Assembly (NCBI RefSeq): GCF_003334765.1
Contig: NZ_QOWT01000001.1
Direction: 5' to 3' (one strand)
DNA: 64,000 bases
From: Escherichia coli
GTDB taxonomy: Bacteria > Pseudomonadota > Gammaproteobacteria > Enterobacterales > Enterobacteriaceae
The notes under the pieces were generated by a model. That model was given only the letters and a program-made list of their open reading frames with translations, did no database searches and was not told the origin of the DNA. The number at the start of each line of letters is the position of its first letter. Position 1 is the first letter of the stretch. The position numbers were made by a program, and so were the translations under genes. Positions 33,843 to 46,492 of this stretch are shown piece by piece.

Positions 33843-34011
33843 CGTGGTTTCCTTGCCAAAAAATAATAAGCCTGCTTACTTTACGCTTGCTGCAGGAAGG
33901 AAGTAGAAAATCTTTACGTTTTTTGCATAAAAAATCAGGCGAACTGTCATCAAACTGCCATTTGTGCACGCTAACAATAACGTGAAAACAGCTATCTCCC
34001 GGGGGCATGCT

Positions 34012-34116
34012 ATGAACGATCAAATGTTTGTCGAGACACTGATTATCACGTCATCGTTTTTTGCCATTGCTGTTGTACTGGTTTTGTCCGTTCTTCTTAT
34101 CGAACGGACCGGCTAG
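34012..34116 (+). CDS. yoaI: Small membrane protein YoaI (34 aa)
   Basis: ATG 34012 to TAG 34114-34116 translates to [34 protein letters not shown]; not in track. Confidence 0.75.
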   Translation: MNDQMFVETLIITSSFFAIAVVLVLSVLLIERTG

Positions 34117-34620
34117 TTACGCAGTGCGGCGGAAATTGACCAGTTCTGGTTGCGCAATGCGCAAATAATCCGCGGTTTTCAAAATAACGGATTTATCCAG
34201 CATGCCTGCATTGAAGGCGATTTCATCAAATCGTTCGAAGAGTAGAGGGTCGGCAACCAGTTTGAGTTTTGGATGGAAGCTGAAAGGGGGGATCGCGCCG
34301 AAGACACAGCCTGTGAGTTCATCGACTTCCGCCGGGCTGGCCAACGAAGCGCGTAATCCGCCTATATGGCTGGCGAGTTGGCTCAGATCGGCCTGTTGAT
34401 CGGCTGCGAGGATCGCCAGAACATGTTGATTTACGCCATTGCCTTTGACTTTACATACCAGTGCCTTAGCACCCTGGCCTAGAGCGGTGCCACGAATTTC
34501 TGACACCGCTTCACATTTACCTACCGCTTCATGGGTAACGACGCGGAAGTCAGCACCTTCTTGTGATAATAAAGCGATTAACCGCTGATGCGTCACGCTT
34601 CCTTTAGCCATTTCAGTCAT
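34117..34620 (-). CDS. yeaK: YbaK/ProX-type aminoacyl-tRNA deacylase domain protein YeaK
   Basis: 167-aa ORF recognised as YeaK; stop codon directly abuts the yoaI stop. Confidence 0.88.
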   Translation of the reverse strand: MTEMAKGSVTHQRLIALLSQEGADFRVVTHEAVGKCEAVSEIRGTALGQGAKALVCKVKGNGVNQHVLAILAADQQADLSQLASHIGGLRASLASPAEVDELTGCVFGAIPPFSFHPKLKLVADPLLFERFDEIAFNAGMLDKSVILKTADYLRIAQPELVNFRRTA

Positions 34621-34662
34621 TTCACGCTCCTGAGATTACAAGCAAACAACCACAGAAGGTTA

Positions 34663-36153
34663 TCATGAACGGCTGTTTTTGTTCTGCTTATTGACATATA
34701 AACGCTCATCGGAAGCTTTATACGCATCATGTAACGTATCGTTTTCTTTCATCGCGTAAATACCGGAAGAGAAGCCGATCTCTTTCTGCGGCGCGATATG
34801 TTGCAGACGTTTTTCGATACGTTCAGGCAGTTGTGCTGCAATTTGCGGCGTCGAATCGACAAGAATGATGCAGAATTCATCGCCACCGAGTCGGATGGCA
34901 TAATCACTTTTACGAATCGACTGTTTAATCGCCTGAGCTAATAACGTAATCGCTAAATCCCCCTCCTGATGACCGAGGGTGTCATTTATTTGCTTTAACT
35001 TGTCCATGTCAATAGCAATAAACATCACCGAAGAACCGGATTGCACCAGTTTCTGCAACCGCTGCTCCAGTTCAGGGGTTAAAATTTTGCGATTATACAG
35101 TCCAGTCATCGCATCACTAATATTTTCTCGCGACACATTTTGGTATAAACGGAAGTGCATCCGCACCATATTCAGCAAAATTAACGCCGTCAAAATCCAG
35201 AACAGAACGCTTTTCCACGAAGACGTGATAAAGTAAAGAATATCAATGGATAACGAGACACGAATGCCGCCCGGTAAGTCATGGACGTAACTGACATACT
35301 GGAACAGATTATCTTCGCTCTGGTTGATGATAATGTCGCGCCCCGAATCGGTATCGGTTAGCGTGACATTGAGAAAACGCCAGAGGAGAGGGCGGTCATG
35401 AGTATAAAAGATATTCCGCAGATTGTTTTTGTTAATATCCAGCAGCACAATCCCTTTTAGCTGCCCTGCGACATATACCGGCGTCAGCAAACTCATCACG
35501 TTCTGTTTAGTACGCTGATCCTGGTAAATGCTCGACAATACGGTACGCCCGGTAAATACCTTTTCAATATCTTTGCGATCGATGCCAATACTTCCTGACT
35601 GCAGGAAGGACCAGTTATTCATCGCAAAGTATTCAACATTAACCGGCTCATAAAAATAGACATAGCGGTCATTGAGATCGAGATAATAGTGAAATTTCTC
35701 TTCGGCCATCCCAAGACCTGAACCGTAATCATCCTGGTGGCGGTTGCCTTCCACTGCCTGATCAAAAGCGGGTAATAGTGCTGCAGCTTCCACAATTGTG
35801 TCGCAGTCAGTGGATGCGGTTTGTAGTGTGCCGCGTAAGCCCGGGTATTTATGGGCAGTCAGGTTTAAGCCATGGGTGTTATTGGCAGACTCAAAAGCCT
35901 CGCAGATGGCGCGCCGCTGTTCTGGCGACACTTCCGACTGCTCAGCAGCGAGAGCGCGCATCACATGCGCGGCAATACTCTGATTCTGATACTTATCATA
36001 AAGAAAGGAGGAGTCTGCTTTCTGCACGATATAGCGCAGATAGGCACTCATTGCTCTGTCGCTGGCGACAAGTTCAAAAATAAGGAAGGAAGATGTCAGC
36101 ACAATGACACTTGCGGCGATAAAATGCCGGAGCATTCTATGGTGCAATTTCAT
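34663..36153 (-). CDS. dgcJ: Diguanylate cyclase DgcJ (YeaJ), membrane sensor with GGDEF domain
   Basis: Track ORF 34663-36333 (556 aa); start set at MKLHHRMLRHF (496 aa) per remembered K-12 length; intact GGDEF motif RLGGDEFCI. Confidence 0.82.
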   Translation of the reverse strand: MKLHHRMLRHFIAASVIVLTSSFLIFELVASDRAMSAYLRYIVQKADSSFLYDKYQNQSIAAHVMRALAAEQSEVSPEQRRAICEAFESANNTHGLNLTAHKYPGLRGTLQTASTDCDTIVEAAALLPAFDQAVEGNRHQDDYGSGLGMAEEKFHYYLDLNDRYVYFYEPVNVEYFAMNNWSFLQSGSIGIDRKDIEKVFTGRTVLSSIYQDQRTKQNVMSLLTPVYVAGQLKGIVLLDINKNNLRNIFYTHDRPLLWRFLNVTLTDTDSGRDIIINQSEDNLFQYVSYVHDLPGGIRVSLSIDILYFITSSWKSVLFWILTALILLNMVRMHFRLYQNVSRENISDAMTGLYNRKILTPELEQRLQKLVQSGSSVMFIAIDMDKLKQINDTLGHQEGDLAITLLAQAIKQSIRKSDYAIRLGGDEFCIILVDSTPQIAAQLPERIEKRLQHIAPQKEIGFSSGIYAMKENDTLHDAYKASDERLYVNKQNKNSRS

Positions 36154-36333
36154 GATAAATGGCACTCCTTCGGTTAGTGAAACGAGAAAACCAGATAAAG
36201 TTCGATTGCGGCCTGGCACAGGGGCGCTAATTATACTCATCTCTGCGCCGCTGGGGAGGGGAAATTTAGGGGTAATAGTAATAAATTGTATGCAAAAGCC
36301 ACGCAAAAAGCATGGCTCTGAATATTTTTGCAC

Positions 36334-37809
36334 TTAAATATGATGAATAATCACTTTGTTGCCCCCCTCGCTTTTCGCTTCGCGTAAGGCTTTATCTGCT
36401 TCCGTCATGACAAGCGAGATATTACGCGTGTCACCCGTTGAAAAAACCGTGCCAATACTGATGGTCATTTGTTCAGGAACATCATATCTGTTACTAAAGC
36501 CGGTCAGGAGTTCGACATTTTTACGCATACGTTCCGCAATGATTTTTGCCTGGGCACTATTGAGTTCGGTAAATAGCAAGCCAAACACCTCACCCTCCAG
36601 TCGCGCTAAAATATCATCGGGGCGGATGCTTTGCTGGATAATATCGACAATTGAAACCAGCACTTTATCACCCACACGATGTCCCCATTGGGCATTGATG
36701 CGTTTGAACTGATTAATATCAACCAGCATGACACAGAAGTCCTTAACAACAGGTCGCGACAATAATGACTCTACGCTGTTGAAAAAGTAGCGCCGATTAT
36801 AAATATTGGTCAGCACATCATGAACTGCCAGTTTGCTGGAGAGTTGCAGCTCCTGAAAAATGTTATAAATCAGAAAAGACACAACAAACAGTTTACTGGA
36901 AACTTCAATCCCGCGACTGATATACCAGATAGTATAATTATACTCATCCAGAGTCAGTAGAAGTAAGTTGCAGCATAGCGATGCCAGACATAATAATGCT
37001 ATTAACGGCCATAGTTCGCTGGCTAATCGTGTGCGCATGATAATAAAGAACAGTAAAAATGCCCACAGACAAACCAATATTTTTGTATAGTTGATTCCCC
37101 AGGTCGCAGTATGGTTGTCCGGACAGTAATCGACGACATACAAAGAATAGTCAGCGTTATAACTGCTCAGATTGTGTGCCAGAAGGGGAAAAACTAAAAA
37201 AGGGATCAGCGCCAGCAACAGGATTCCCGTTTTTTTCTTATTGTTGTCAAGGATGTTGTCTTTTCCATAACAAAAGAGCGCCAGCGAGGTTAAACAAATA
37301 AAACTGAGTTGGCGGAAAATATAGAAAATAGAAACATCATTCGACTTTGTCTGGATCAGTGTACTGCCGTTAATTGGTTTATGGATAATTACAATGGTTT
37401 CAACTAAATAGATAAGGCCACTTAAAAATGCAAGGCTTAAAATGAGTGTTGGTAAAATTTGTTTGTTAGTGAAATATTTCATTAACATGAAAAGAAAAAT
37501 GACGGCGTTAAGGAAAAACAAAGCCACAACAACCATCAGGTAATTCATCTGTGGGATGAGTTTTACATTTGTGTTTTCGTTATATAAGGTAGTAATGCAA
37601 AATAAAATTAACGTCAGCAATAAACTGAAAATAAAAAAGCTTTGAGCTTTTAATTTTTGTGTACCCATAGAAACCATAAAAAGGAGAGCAATGTGAGTGC
37701 TGGATTTTATTGATGGCAGAGATATATAGTTTTGACCAGGATCAATTTTCGTTAACGATAAAAAATATTTAAAGAATAACCCCATGGAAATACGTGTTGA
37801 CTGAATCAT
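36334..37809 (-). CDS. cdgI: Membrane GGDEF-like protein YeaI (CdgI) with degenerate active-site motif
   Basis: 491-aa ORF with multi-TM N-terminus and C-terminal GGDEF-fold domain in which the signature reads EGEVF instead of GG(D/E)EF. Confidence 0.85.
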   Translation of the reverse strand: MIQSTRISMGLFFKYFLSLTKIDPGQNYISLPSIKSSTHIALLFMVSMGTQKLKAQSFFIFSLLLTLILFCITTLYNENTNVKLIPQMNYLMVVVALFFLNAVIFLFMLMKYFTNKQILPTLILSLAFLSGLIYLVETIVIIHKPINGSTLIQTKSNDVSIFYIFRQLSFICLTSLALFCYGKDNILDNNKKKTGILLLALIPFLVFPLLAHNLSSYNADYSLYVVDYCPDNHTATWGINYTKILVCLWAFLLFFIIMRTRLASELWPLIALLCLASLCCNLLLLTLDEYNYTIWYISRGIEVSSKLFVVSFLIYNIFQELQLSSKLAVHDVLTNIYNRRYFFNSVESLLSRPVVKDFCVMLVDINQFKRINAQWGHRVGDKVLVSIVDIIQQSIRPDDILARLEGEVFGLLFTELNSAQAKIIAERMRKNVELLTGFSNRYDVPEQMTISIGTVFSTGDTRNISLVMTEADKALREAKSEGGNKVIIHHI

Positions 37810-37955
37810 TTTTCCGAATGATTGTTTTCTGGAACTAAATTATGTAAAGGTTATGCTGTCATATTTAAAGCGATTGTAAGCTAATGTATGTAATAAATGA
37901 GATAATTTACAGTAAGCTAAAAATCAGCCAGGCGATAATGACCTGGCTGATAGTT

Positions 37956-39251
<1,296 letters not shown>

Positions 39252-39351
39252 CTACATTTGCCAACTGTATGCTACGCCTGTGTTGCCGCTTCTCAGGCCC
39301 ACGGTTCGCTGTCGTTGTAGGCCCGGTAACATGTGTACCGGGCCAGGGTTG

Positions 39352-41286
39352 TTAAGACGATTTACGTACGCGCAAATACCATTCGCACAGTAAACGCACC
39401 TGTTTACGGGTGTAGCCTTTTTCCATCATACGGTCGACAAAGTCGTCGTGTTTCTTCTGCTCGTCGGTTGACGTTTTGGCGTTAAACGAGATAACCGGCA
39501 ACAGCTCCTCGGTATTGGAGAACATTTTCTTCTCGATGACCGTGCGCAGTTTTTCATAGCTGGTCCAGTTCGGATTGCGTCCGCTGTTATTCGCTCTGGC
39601 GCGCAGTACGAAGTTAACAATCTCGTTGCGGAAATCTTTTGGATTACTGATCCCCGCCGGTTTCTCGATTTTCTCCAGCTCGGCGTTAAGAGACTCGCGG
39701 TCAAACAGCTGCCCGGTATCCGGATCGCGATACTCCTGATCCTGAATCCAGAAATCCGCGTAGGTAACATAACGGTCGAAAATGTTTTGCCCATATTCGG
39801 AATAGGATTCAAGGTAGGCCGTCTGGATCTCTTTGCCGATAAACTCGGCATATTTCGGGATCAGATAACCTTTCAGGAACTCCAGATAGCGTTCTGCCTG
39901 CTCTTGTGGGAACTGCTCGCGCTCAATCTGCTGTTCCAGGACGTAGAACAGATGGACCGGGTTTGCTGCCACTTCTACATGATCGAAGTTGAACACGCGG
40001 GAGAGGATCTTAAACGCAAAACGCGTCGACAGACCGTTCATCCCTTCATCGACACCGGCGTAGTCACGATATTCCTGATACGACTTGGCTTTGGGATCGG
40101 TGTCTTTCAGACTTTCGCCATCATAAACCCGCATCTTTGAATAAATGCTGGAGTTTTCTGGCTCTTTCAGGCGCGAAAGAATGGAAAAACGTGACAGTGT
40201 TTCGAGCGTGCCAGGGGCGCATGGGGCGTGAGTCAATTCACTGTGATTAAGCAATTTCTCGTAGATTTTGATCTCTTCGGAAATGCGCAAGCAATACGGC
40301 ACCTTCACGATGTAAACACGATCGAGGAAGGCTTCGTTGTTTTTGTTATTACGGAAAGTGACCCATTCGGACTCGTTCGAGTGTGCGAGAATAATCCCGT
40401 TGAACGGCAGGGCGGAGATACCTTCCGTCCCGTTGTAGTTACCTTCCTGAGTGGCGGTTAACAAGGGATGCAGCACTTTAATCGGTGCTTTAAACATCTC
40501 AACGAATTCCATGATCCCCTGATTGGCGCGGCACAGCGCACCGGAATAGCCGTAGGCGTCCGGGTCATTCTGCGCGTAGTGTTCGAGTTTACGAATATCG
40601 ACTTTCCCAACCAGCGCGGAGATGTCCTGGTTGTTCTCATCGCCGGGTTCCGTTTTGGCGATAGCAATTTGTTGCAGAATTGACGGCCAGACCTTCACTA
40701 CCCGGAACTTAGTGATATCGCCACCAAATTCATGCAGGCGTTTTGCCGCCCACGGCGACATGATGGTGCCGAGATAACGGCGAGGAATGCCATACTCTTT
40801 TTCCAGAATCTGCGCATCTTCCTGCGGATTGAAAAGACAGAACGGATGATCGTTGACCGGGCTACGCTCACCGTTCGCGCTCAATACATAAATCGGTACG
40901 AGCTGCATTAATGATTTCAGTCGCTCAGCAAGCGATGATTTACCCCCACCCACAGGCCCCAGCAGATACAGGATTTGTTTCTTCTCTTCCAGCCCCTGAG
41001 CCGCGTGTTTCAGATAAGAGACAATCTGTTCAATCGCGTCTTCCATGCCGTAAAACTCTTCAAACGCCGGATAACGTGCAATGACCCGGTTAGAAAAGAG
41101 TCGAGAAAGTCTGGGTTCCTGGGCTGTATCGACCATGACAGGCTCACCGATAGCCATCAATAGCCGCTCAGCCGCGTTGGCATAAGCACTGCGATCTTGC
41201 CGACAAGTGGTAAGAAACTCCTGCAGTGTGAACTCTTCGTCCTTGGCAGCTTCATATCGCTGGCGATAGTGATCGAATATATTCAT
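39352..41286 (-). CDS. yeaG: PrkA-family serine protein kinase YeaG
   Basis: 644-aa ORF with Walker A motif GPVGGGKSS; recognised as YeaG. Confidence 0.92.
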   Translation of the reverse strand: MNIFDHYRQRYEAAKDEEFTLQEFLTTCRQDRSAYANAAERLLMAIGEPVMVDTAQEPRLSRLFSNRVIARYPAFEEFYGMEDAIEQIVSYLKHAAQGLEEKKQILYLLGPVGGGKSSLAERLKSLMQLVPIYVLSANGERSPVNDHPFCLFNPQEDAQILEKEYGIPRRYLGTIMSPWAAKRLHEFGGDITKFRVVKVWPSILQQIAIAKTEPGDENNQDISALVGKVDIRKLEHYAQNDPDAYGYSGALCRANQGIMEFVEMFKAPIKVLHPLLTATQEGNYNGTEGISALPFNGIILAHSNESEWVTFRNNKNNEAFLDRVYIVKVPYCLRISEEIKIYEKLLNHSELTHAPCAPGTLETLSRFSILSRLKEPENSSIYSKMRVYDGESLKDTDPKAKSYQEYRDYAGVDEGMNGLSTRFAFKILSRVFNFDHVEVAANPVHLFYVLEQQIEREQFPQEQAERYLEFLKGYLIPKYAEFIGKEIQTAYLESYSEYGQNIFDRYVTYADFWIQDQEYRDPDTGQLFDRESLNAELEKIEKPAGISNPKDFRNEIVNFVLRARANNSGRNPNWTSYEKLRTVIEKKMFSNTEELLPVISFNAKTSTDEQKKHDDFVDRMMEKGYTRKQVRLLCEWYLRVRKSS

Positions 41287-41721
41287 GGTATGCCGTCCTT
41301 TCGTTTTTTAGCACAGGTTAAGAGCCGTTCATATGAATAGTAGAGGCTCCCGGAAGAGGTAAACTGAACGACGTCTCTTGCTAAAACACAGCAACTCTCA
41401 TGCCATTTTATCGACGATGAGAACAACGTGCCCGGTGATACACCTTCAAAATTAAGCGTAGATGGCAAATGGAAAACTTGCCTGCACGGCTTTCTTAATT
41501 TCAATGGCATATCAACAACTCATCCATAAATTTTGCATAATTAATGTAAAGACCAGGCTCGCCAGTAACGCTAAATTCATTTGGCTGTAAGCGCGGTGTC
41601 ATCCGCGTCAGGAAAATTAAACAGTTACTTTAAAAAATGAAAACGTAAAAAGGTTGGGTTTCGATGTATTGACGGGTAAACTTTGTCGCCCGCTAAACAT
41701 TTGTTTAAGGAATGATTAATT

Positions 41722-42468
41722 GTGACCAAACTCAAACTTCTGGCACTTGGAGTGCTTATCGCAACGTCTGCAGGCGTAGCGCACGCTGAAGGTAAATTTT
41801 CCCTGGGCGCAGGCGTAGGTGTCGTTGAACACCCATATAAAGATTACGATACCGATGTTTACCCAGTACCGGTAATCAACTATGAAGGCGATAACTTCTG
41901 GTTCCGTGGCTTAGGTGGTGGTTACTACCTGTGGAATGACGCAACGGATAAACTTTCAATTACCGCTTACTGGTCGCCGCTTTACTTCAAAGCGAAAGAC
42001 AGTGGCGATCACCAAATGCGTCACCTGGATGACCGTAAGAGCACCATGATGGCTGGTCTGTCTTATGCTCACTTTACCCAGTACGGTTACCTGCGTACCA
42101 CCCTGGCTGGCGATACCCTGGATAACAGCAACGGCATCGTCTGGGATATGGCCTGGTTGTATCGTTACACCAACGGTGGCCTGACCGTGACTCCGGGTAT
42201 TGGTGTGCAGTGGAACAGCGAAAACCAGAACGAATACTATTATGGCGTATCGCGCAAAGAGTCCGCTCGCAGCGGTCTGCGTGGCTATAACCCGAACGAC
42301 AGCTGGAGCCCTTACCTGGAGCTGAGCGCCAGCTACAACTTCCTCGGCGACTGGAGTGTTTACGGTACCGCACGCTACACCCGTCTGTCTGATGAAGTTA
42401 CTGACAGCCCGATGGTGGATAAATCCTGGACTGGCCTGATTTCTACCGGGATCACCTACAAATTCTGA
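41722..42468 (+). CDS. mipA: MltA-interacting outer membrane protein MipA
   Basis: 248-aa ORF with signal peptide, aromatic-rich beta-barrel-like sequence ending ..YKF; GTG start codon. Confidence 0.9.
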   Translation: MTKLKLLALGVLIATSAGVAHAEGKFSLGAGVGVVEHPYKDYDTDVYPVPVINYEGDNFWFRGLGGGYYLWNDATDKLSITAYWSPLYFKAKDSGDHQMRHLDDRKSTMMAGLSYAHFTQYGYLRTTLAGDTLDNSNGIVWDMAWLYRYTNGGLTVTPGIGVQWNSENQNEYYYGVSRKESARSGLRGYNPNDSWSPYLELSASYNFLGDWSVYGTARYTRLSDEVTDSPMVDKSWTGLISTGITYKF

Positions 42469-42557
42469 TAATGCATCTTTCCAGGGCATTTTGTGCATAA
42501 AAACAGGGCGTCACGCCCTGTTTTGCATTACGGTGGTGCAATACCTGGGAGGAAACA

Positions 42558-43412
42558 ATGCAACAAAAAATGATTCAATTTAGTGGCGATGTCTCACTGC
42601 CAGCCGTAGGGCAGGGAACATGGTATATGGGCGAAGATGCCAGTCAGCGCAAAACAGAAGTTGCTGCACTACGCGCGGGCATTGAACTCGGTTTAACCCT
42701 CATTGATACCGCCGAAATGTATGCCGATGGCGGTGCCGAAAAGGTGGTTGGGGAAGCATTAACCGGTCTGCGAGAGAAGGTCTTTCTCGTCTCTAAAGTC
42801 TATCCGTGGAATGCTGGCGGGCAAAAAGCGATAAATGCATGCGAAGCCAGTTTACGCCGTCTCAATACTGATTATCTCGATCTTTACTTATTACACTGGT
42901 CTGGCAGTTTCGCTTTTGAAGAGACTGTCGCAGCGATGGAAAAATTGATCGCCCAGGGAAAAATCCGCCGCTGGGGCGTTTCTAACCTTGATTATGCTGA
43001 TATGCAGGAACTCTGGCAGCTGCCGGGGGGAAATCAGTGTGCCACTAATCAGGTGCTTTACCATCTCGGTTCACGAGGAATTGAGTACGATCTACTCCCC
43101 TGGTGCCAGCAACAGCAGATGCCGGTGATGGCTTACAGTCCGTTAGCCCAGGCCGGGCGGTTGCGCAATGGACTGTTAAAAAACGCGGTAGTCAACGAAA
43201 TTGCACATGCTCACAATATCAGCGCGGCACAAGTATTGTTGGCGTGGGTGATCAGTCATCAGGGTGTGATGGCGATTCCAAAAGCGGCCACGATTGCCCA
43301 TGTCCAACAAAATGCGGCTGTGCTTGAGGTCGAACTTTCTTCAGCGGAATTAGCTATGCTGGATAAGGCATATCCGGCACCAAAAGGAAAAACTGCGCTG
43401 GATATGGTGTGA
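42558..43412 (+). CDS. yeaE: Aldo-keto reductase YeaE
   Basis: 284-aa ORF of the AKR family; recognised as YeaE. Confidence 0.9.
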   Translation: MQQKMIQFSGDVSLPAVGQGTWYMGEDASQRKTEVAALRAGIELGLTLIDTAEMYADGGAEKVVGEALTGLREKVFLVSKVYPWNAGGQKAINACEASLRRLNTDYLDLYLLHWSGSFAFEETVAAMEKLIAQGKIRRWGVSNLDYADMQELWQLPGGNQCATNQVLYHLGSRGIEYDLLPWCQQQQMPVMAYSPLAQAGRLRNGLLKNAVVNEIAHAHNISAAQVLLAWVISHQGVMAIPKAATIAHVQQNAAVLEVELSSAELAMLDKAYPAPKGKTALDMV

Positions 43413-43449
43413 TGTTGTGTGCCGGATGCATTGCACCCGGCACACAACA
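43413..43449. terminator. Perfect 13-bp inverted repeat between convergent yeaE and yeaD, likely bidirectional terminator
   Basis: Arms tgttgtgtgccgg / ccggcacacaaca around an 11-nt loop; begins immediately after the yeaE stop. Confidence 0.5.
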
Positions 43450-43459
43450 TTAACGTAAA

Positions 43460-44344
43460 TTAACGTTTCGCAACGCGAATGGATTGCGCCAGATGTGCAG
43501 GTTTCTCTTTGGTCACTTTTTGCGTTTCTGAAGCGTAAGCCGTTTCTACACAAACAAATGTTTTGTAGCCATCATCCGGCATATCGCCCATGCTAATTGA
43601 AAGCGCCGGTCCCGGGTTCCAGCCGACAACGTTCAGATGATGCTGGTGGCCTACGGCGATAATACGATTCAGCGCTTCATCATTAATCACGCTGCAATCT
43701 TGTGGATTCAGATACACGCGATCGGTACGGTCAGGGAAGGTCTGAATACCATCGGTCAGTACATTTTCTTTCGCGTCATTCACTTTATCAATGAAGCGAT
43801 CGCCCAGCCCACTGACGCTTACCTTAGCGATATCACCCACGTTAAAGTAGGTATGCAGGGCAGAGGTGGTTTCAAATTCGCCATGTGATTCAAGATCGAT
43901 TTCACAAGTTTTACCCACGCGGAAATGCGCTAACAGCGTAAAGTCGTGCGGCCAGAATTTTTTCGTCTCTTCGCTTTGCGTCAATTCAAAAGTCAGCGCT
44001 ACGCCATCAGCATCTTCATGATGTGATTTCAGCGTCCACGGCAGGTTGCGGGCAAAACCGTGCGCAGGCAGACCTTGTTGTGCCGCCGGACCAAACCACG
44101 GCCAGCAAACCGGTACGCCACCGCGAATAGCGACGCCATTTTTGAACGGTGTGTTGTTGCTCAACCACAGAACTTCTTCTTCACCCGCAGGTTTCCACGA
44201 GAGAAGGTGTGCGCCCTGTAATGCAAAAGAGGCTTTTACCTGGGGATGATCGACCACAATGAGGTCCAGTTCATCCAGTTTACGACGGGAGAGGACAGGG
44301 GAGATTTGTTCGATGACCGGAAGGGCAAAAATTTTCTTAATCAT
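43460..44344 (-). CDS. yeaD: Glucose-6-phosphate 1-epimerase YeaD
   Basis: Track ORF 43460-44365; start set at MIKKIFALPVIEQ (294 aa). Confidence 0.88.
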   Translation of the reverse strand: MIKKIFALPVIEQISPVLSRRKLDELDLIVVDHPQVKASFALQGAHLLSWKPAGEEEVLWLSNNTPFKNGVAIRGGVPVCWPWFGPAAQQGLPAHGFARNLPWTLKSHHEDADGVALTFELTQSEETKKFWPHDFTLLAHFRVGKTCEIDLESHGEFETTSALHTYFNVGDIAKVSVSGLGDRFIDKVNDAKENVLTDGIQTFPDRTDRVYLNPQDCSVINDEALNRIIAVGHQHHLNVVGWNPGPALSISMGDMPDDGYKTFVCVETAYASETQKVTKEKPAHLAQSIRVAKR

Positions 44345-44375
44345 GACGCAGTCCTTTAACTTCATTTTATCAGGT

Positions 44376-44407
44376 AAAAAAAAGAGCGACCGAAGTCGCT
44401 CTTTTTA
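44376..44407 (-). terminator. Rho-independent terminator of gapA
   Basis: Stem gagcgac / gtcgctc with loop cgaa, flanked by an A-run and a T-run (potentially bidirectional); just downstream of the gapA stop. Confidence 0.75.
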
Positions 44408-44427
44408 GATCACAGTGTCATCTCAAC

Positions 44428-45435
<1,008 letters not shown>

Positions 45436-45764
45436 CTATTTGTTAGTGAATAAAAGGTTGCCTGTAAAATTACAAAAACCTTACGCAGCGTCAAGCGGAA
45501 TCGTGTCAATCATTGCGACAAATCAATCCTGTGCCTAAGCATTACGCGACTGACTCGCCTCACTCTTCCTTTGGGCTTGAGACCACATGGGGTCGGCGCC
45601 CCGAATTTTAAAGGGCAATTACGATAAAAATGTGATTTTCATCACGATTTAGGTGCAGCCATTTCGTCGAGATCAAGTTTAGGACAAAATTTTGCCAGTT
45701 GGTGTTAATGTTTTGTTAGAATCAGTCACGTAATGTGAGCACGATTAAAGTGAGATGTGAGCAA

Positions 45765-46178
45765 ATGGCTAATAAACCTTCGGCAGAAGAACTGAAAAAA
45801 AATTTGTCCGAGATGCAGTTTTACGTGACGCAGAATCATGGGACAGAGCCGCCATTTACGGGTCGTTTACTGCATAACAAGCGTGACGGCGTATATCACT
45901 GTTTGATCTGCGATGCCCCGCTGTTTCATTCCCAAACCAAGTATGATTCCGGCTGTGGCTGGCCCAGTTTCTACGAACCGGTAAGTGAAGAATCCATTCG
46001 TTATATCAAAGACTTGTCACATGGAATGCAGCGCATAGAAATTCGTTGCGGTAACTGTGATGCCCATCTGGGGCATGTCTTCCCCGACGGGCCGCAGCCA
46101 ACGGGCGAACGTTATTGTGTTAACTCTGCCTCTTTACGCTTTACCGATGGCGAAAACGGCGAAGAAATCAACGGTTGA
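45765..46178 (+). CDS. msrB: Peptide methionine sulfoxide reductase MsrB
   Basis: Track ORF 45735-46178; start set at [10 protein letters not shown] (137 aa); zinc CxxC pairs HCLICDAP / [13 protein letters not shown] and catalytic region CGWPSF. Confidence 0.9.
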
Positions 46179-46219
46179 AAAAACGATTCAGCAACTTATT
46201 CCACAGGAGCGGAAAAATT

Positions 46220-46492
46220 ATGAATCTTGATGACATTATCAACAGCATGATGCCTGAGGTATACCAGCGTTTGTCGACCGCCGTTGAACTGGGGAAATGG
46301 CCTGATGGCGTTGCGTTGACCGAGGAACAAAAAGAGAACTGCCTGCAACTGGTGATGCTGTGGCAAGCCCGCCATAATATCGAAGCACAGCATATGACAA
46401 TTGACACAAATGGTCAGATGGTCATGAAGAGCAAACAGCAGTTAAAAGAAGATTTTGGTATCTCAGCAAAGCCTATTGCCATGTTTAAGTAA
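46220..46492 (+). CDS. yeaC: DUF1315 protein YeaC
   Basis: Track ORF 46175-46492; start set at MNLDDIINSMMPEVYQRL (90 aa). Confidence 0.82.
   Translation: MNLDDIINSMMPEVYQRLSTAVELGKWPDGVALTEEQKENCLQLVMLWQARHNIEAQHMTIDTNGQMVMKSKQQLKEDFGISAKPIAMFK

Noticed and set aside
34663-36333. Longer 556-aa version of dgcJ starting at the first ATG of the track ORF
   Set aside because: The upstream 60 codons have no membrane-sensor character and the remembered K-12 protein is 496 aa starting MKLHHRMLRHF. Kept as uncertain; N-terminal proteomics would settle it.
41956-42498. 180-aa minus-strand ORF
   Set aside because: Antisense to mipA; no ribosome-binding site context or recognisable domain.
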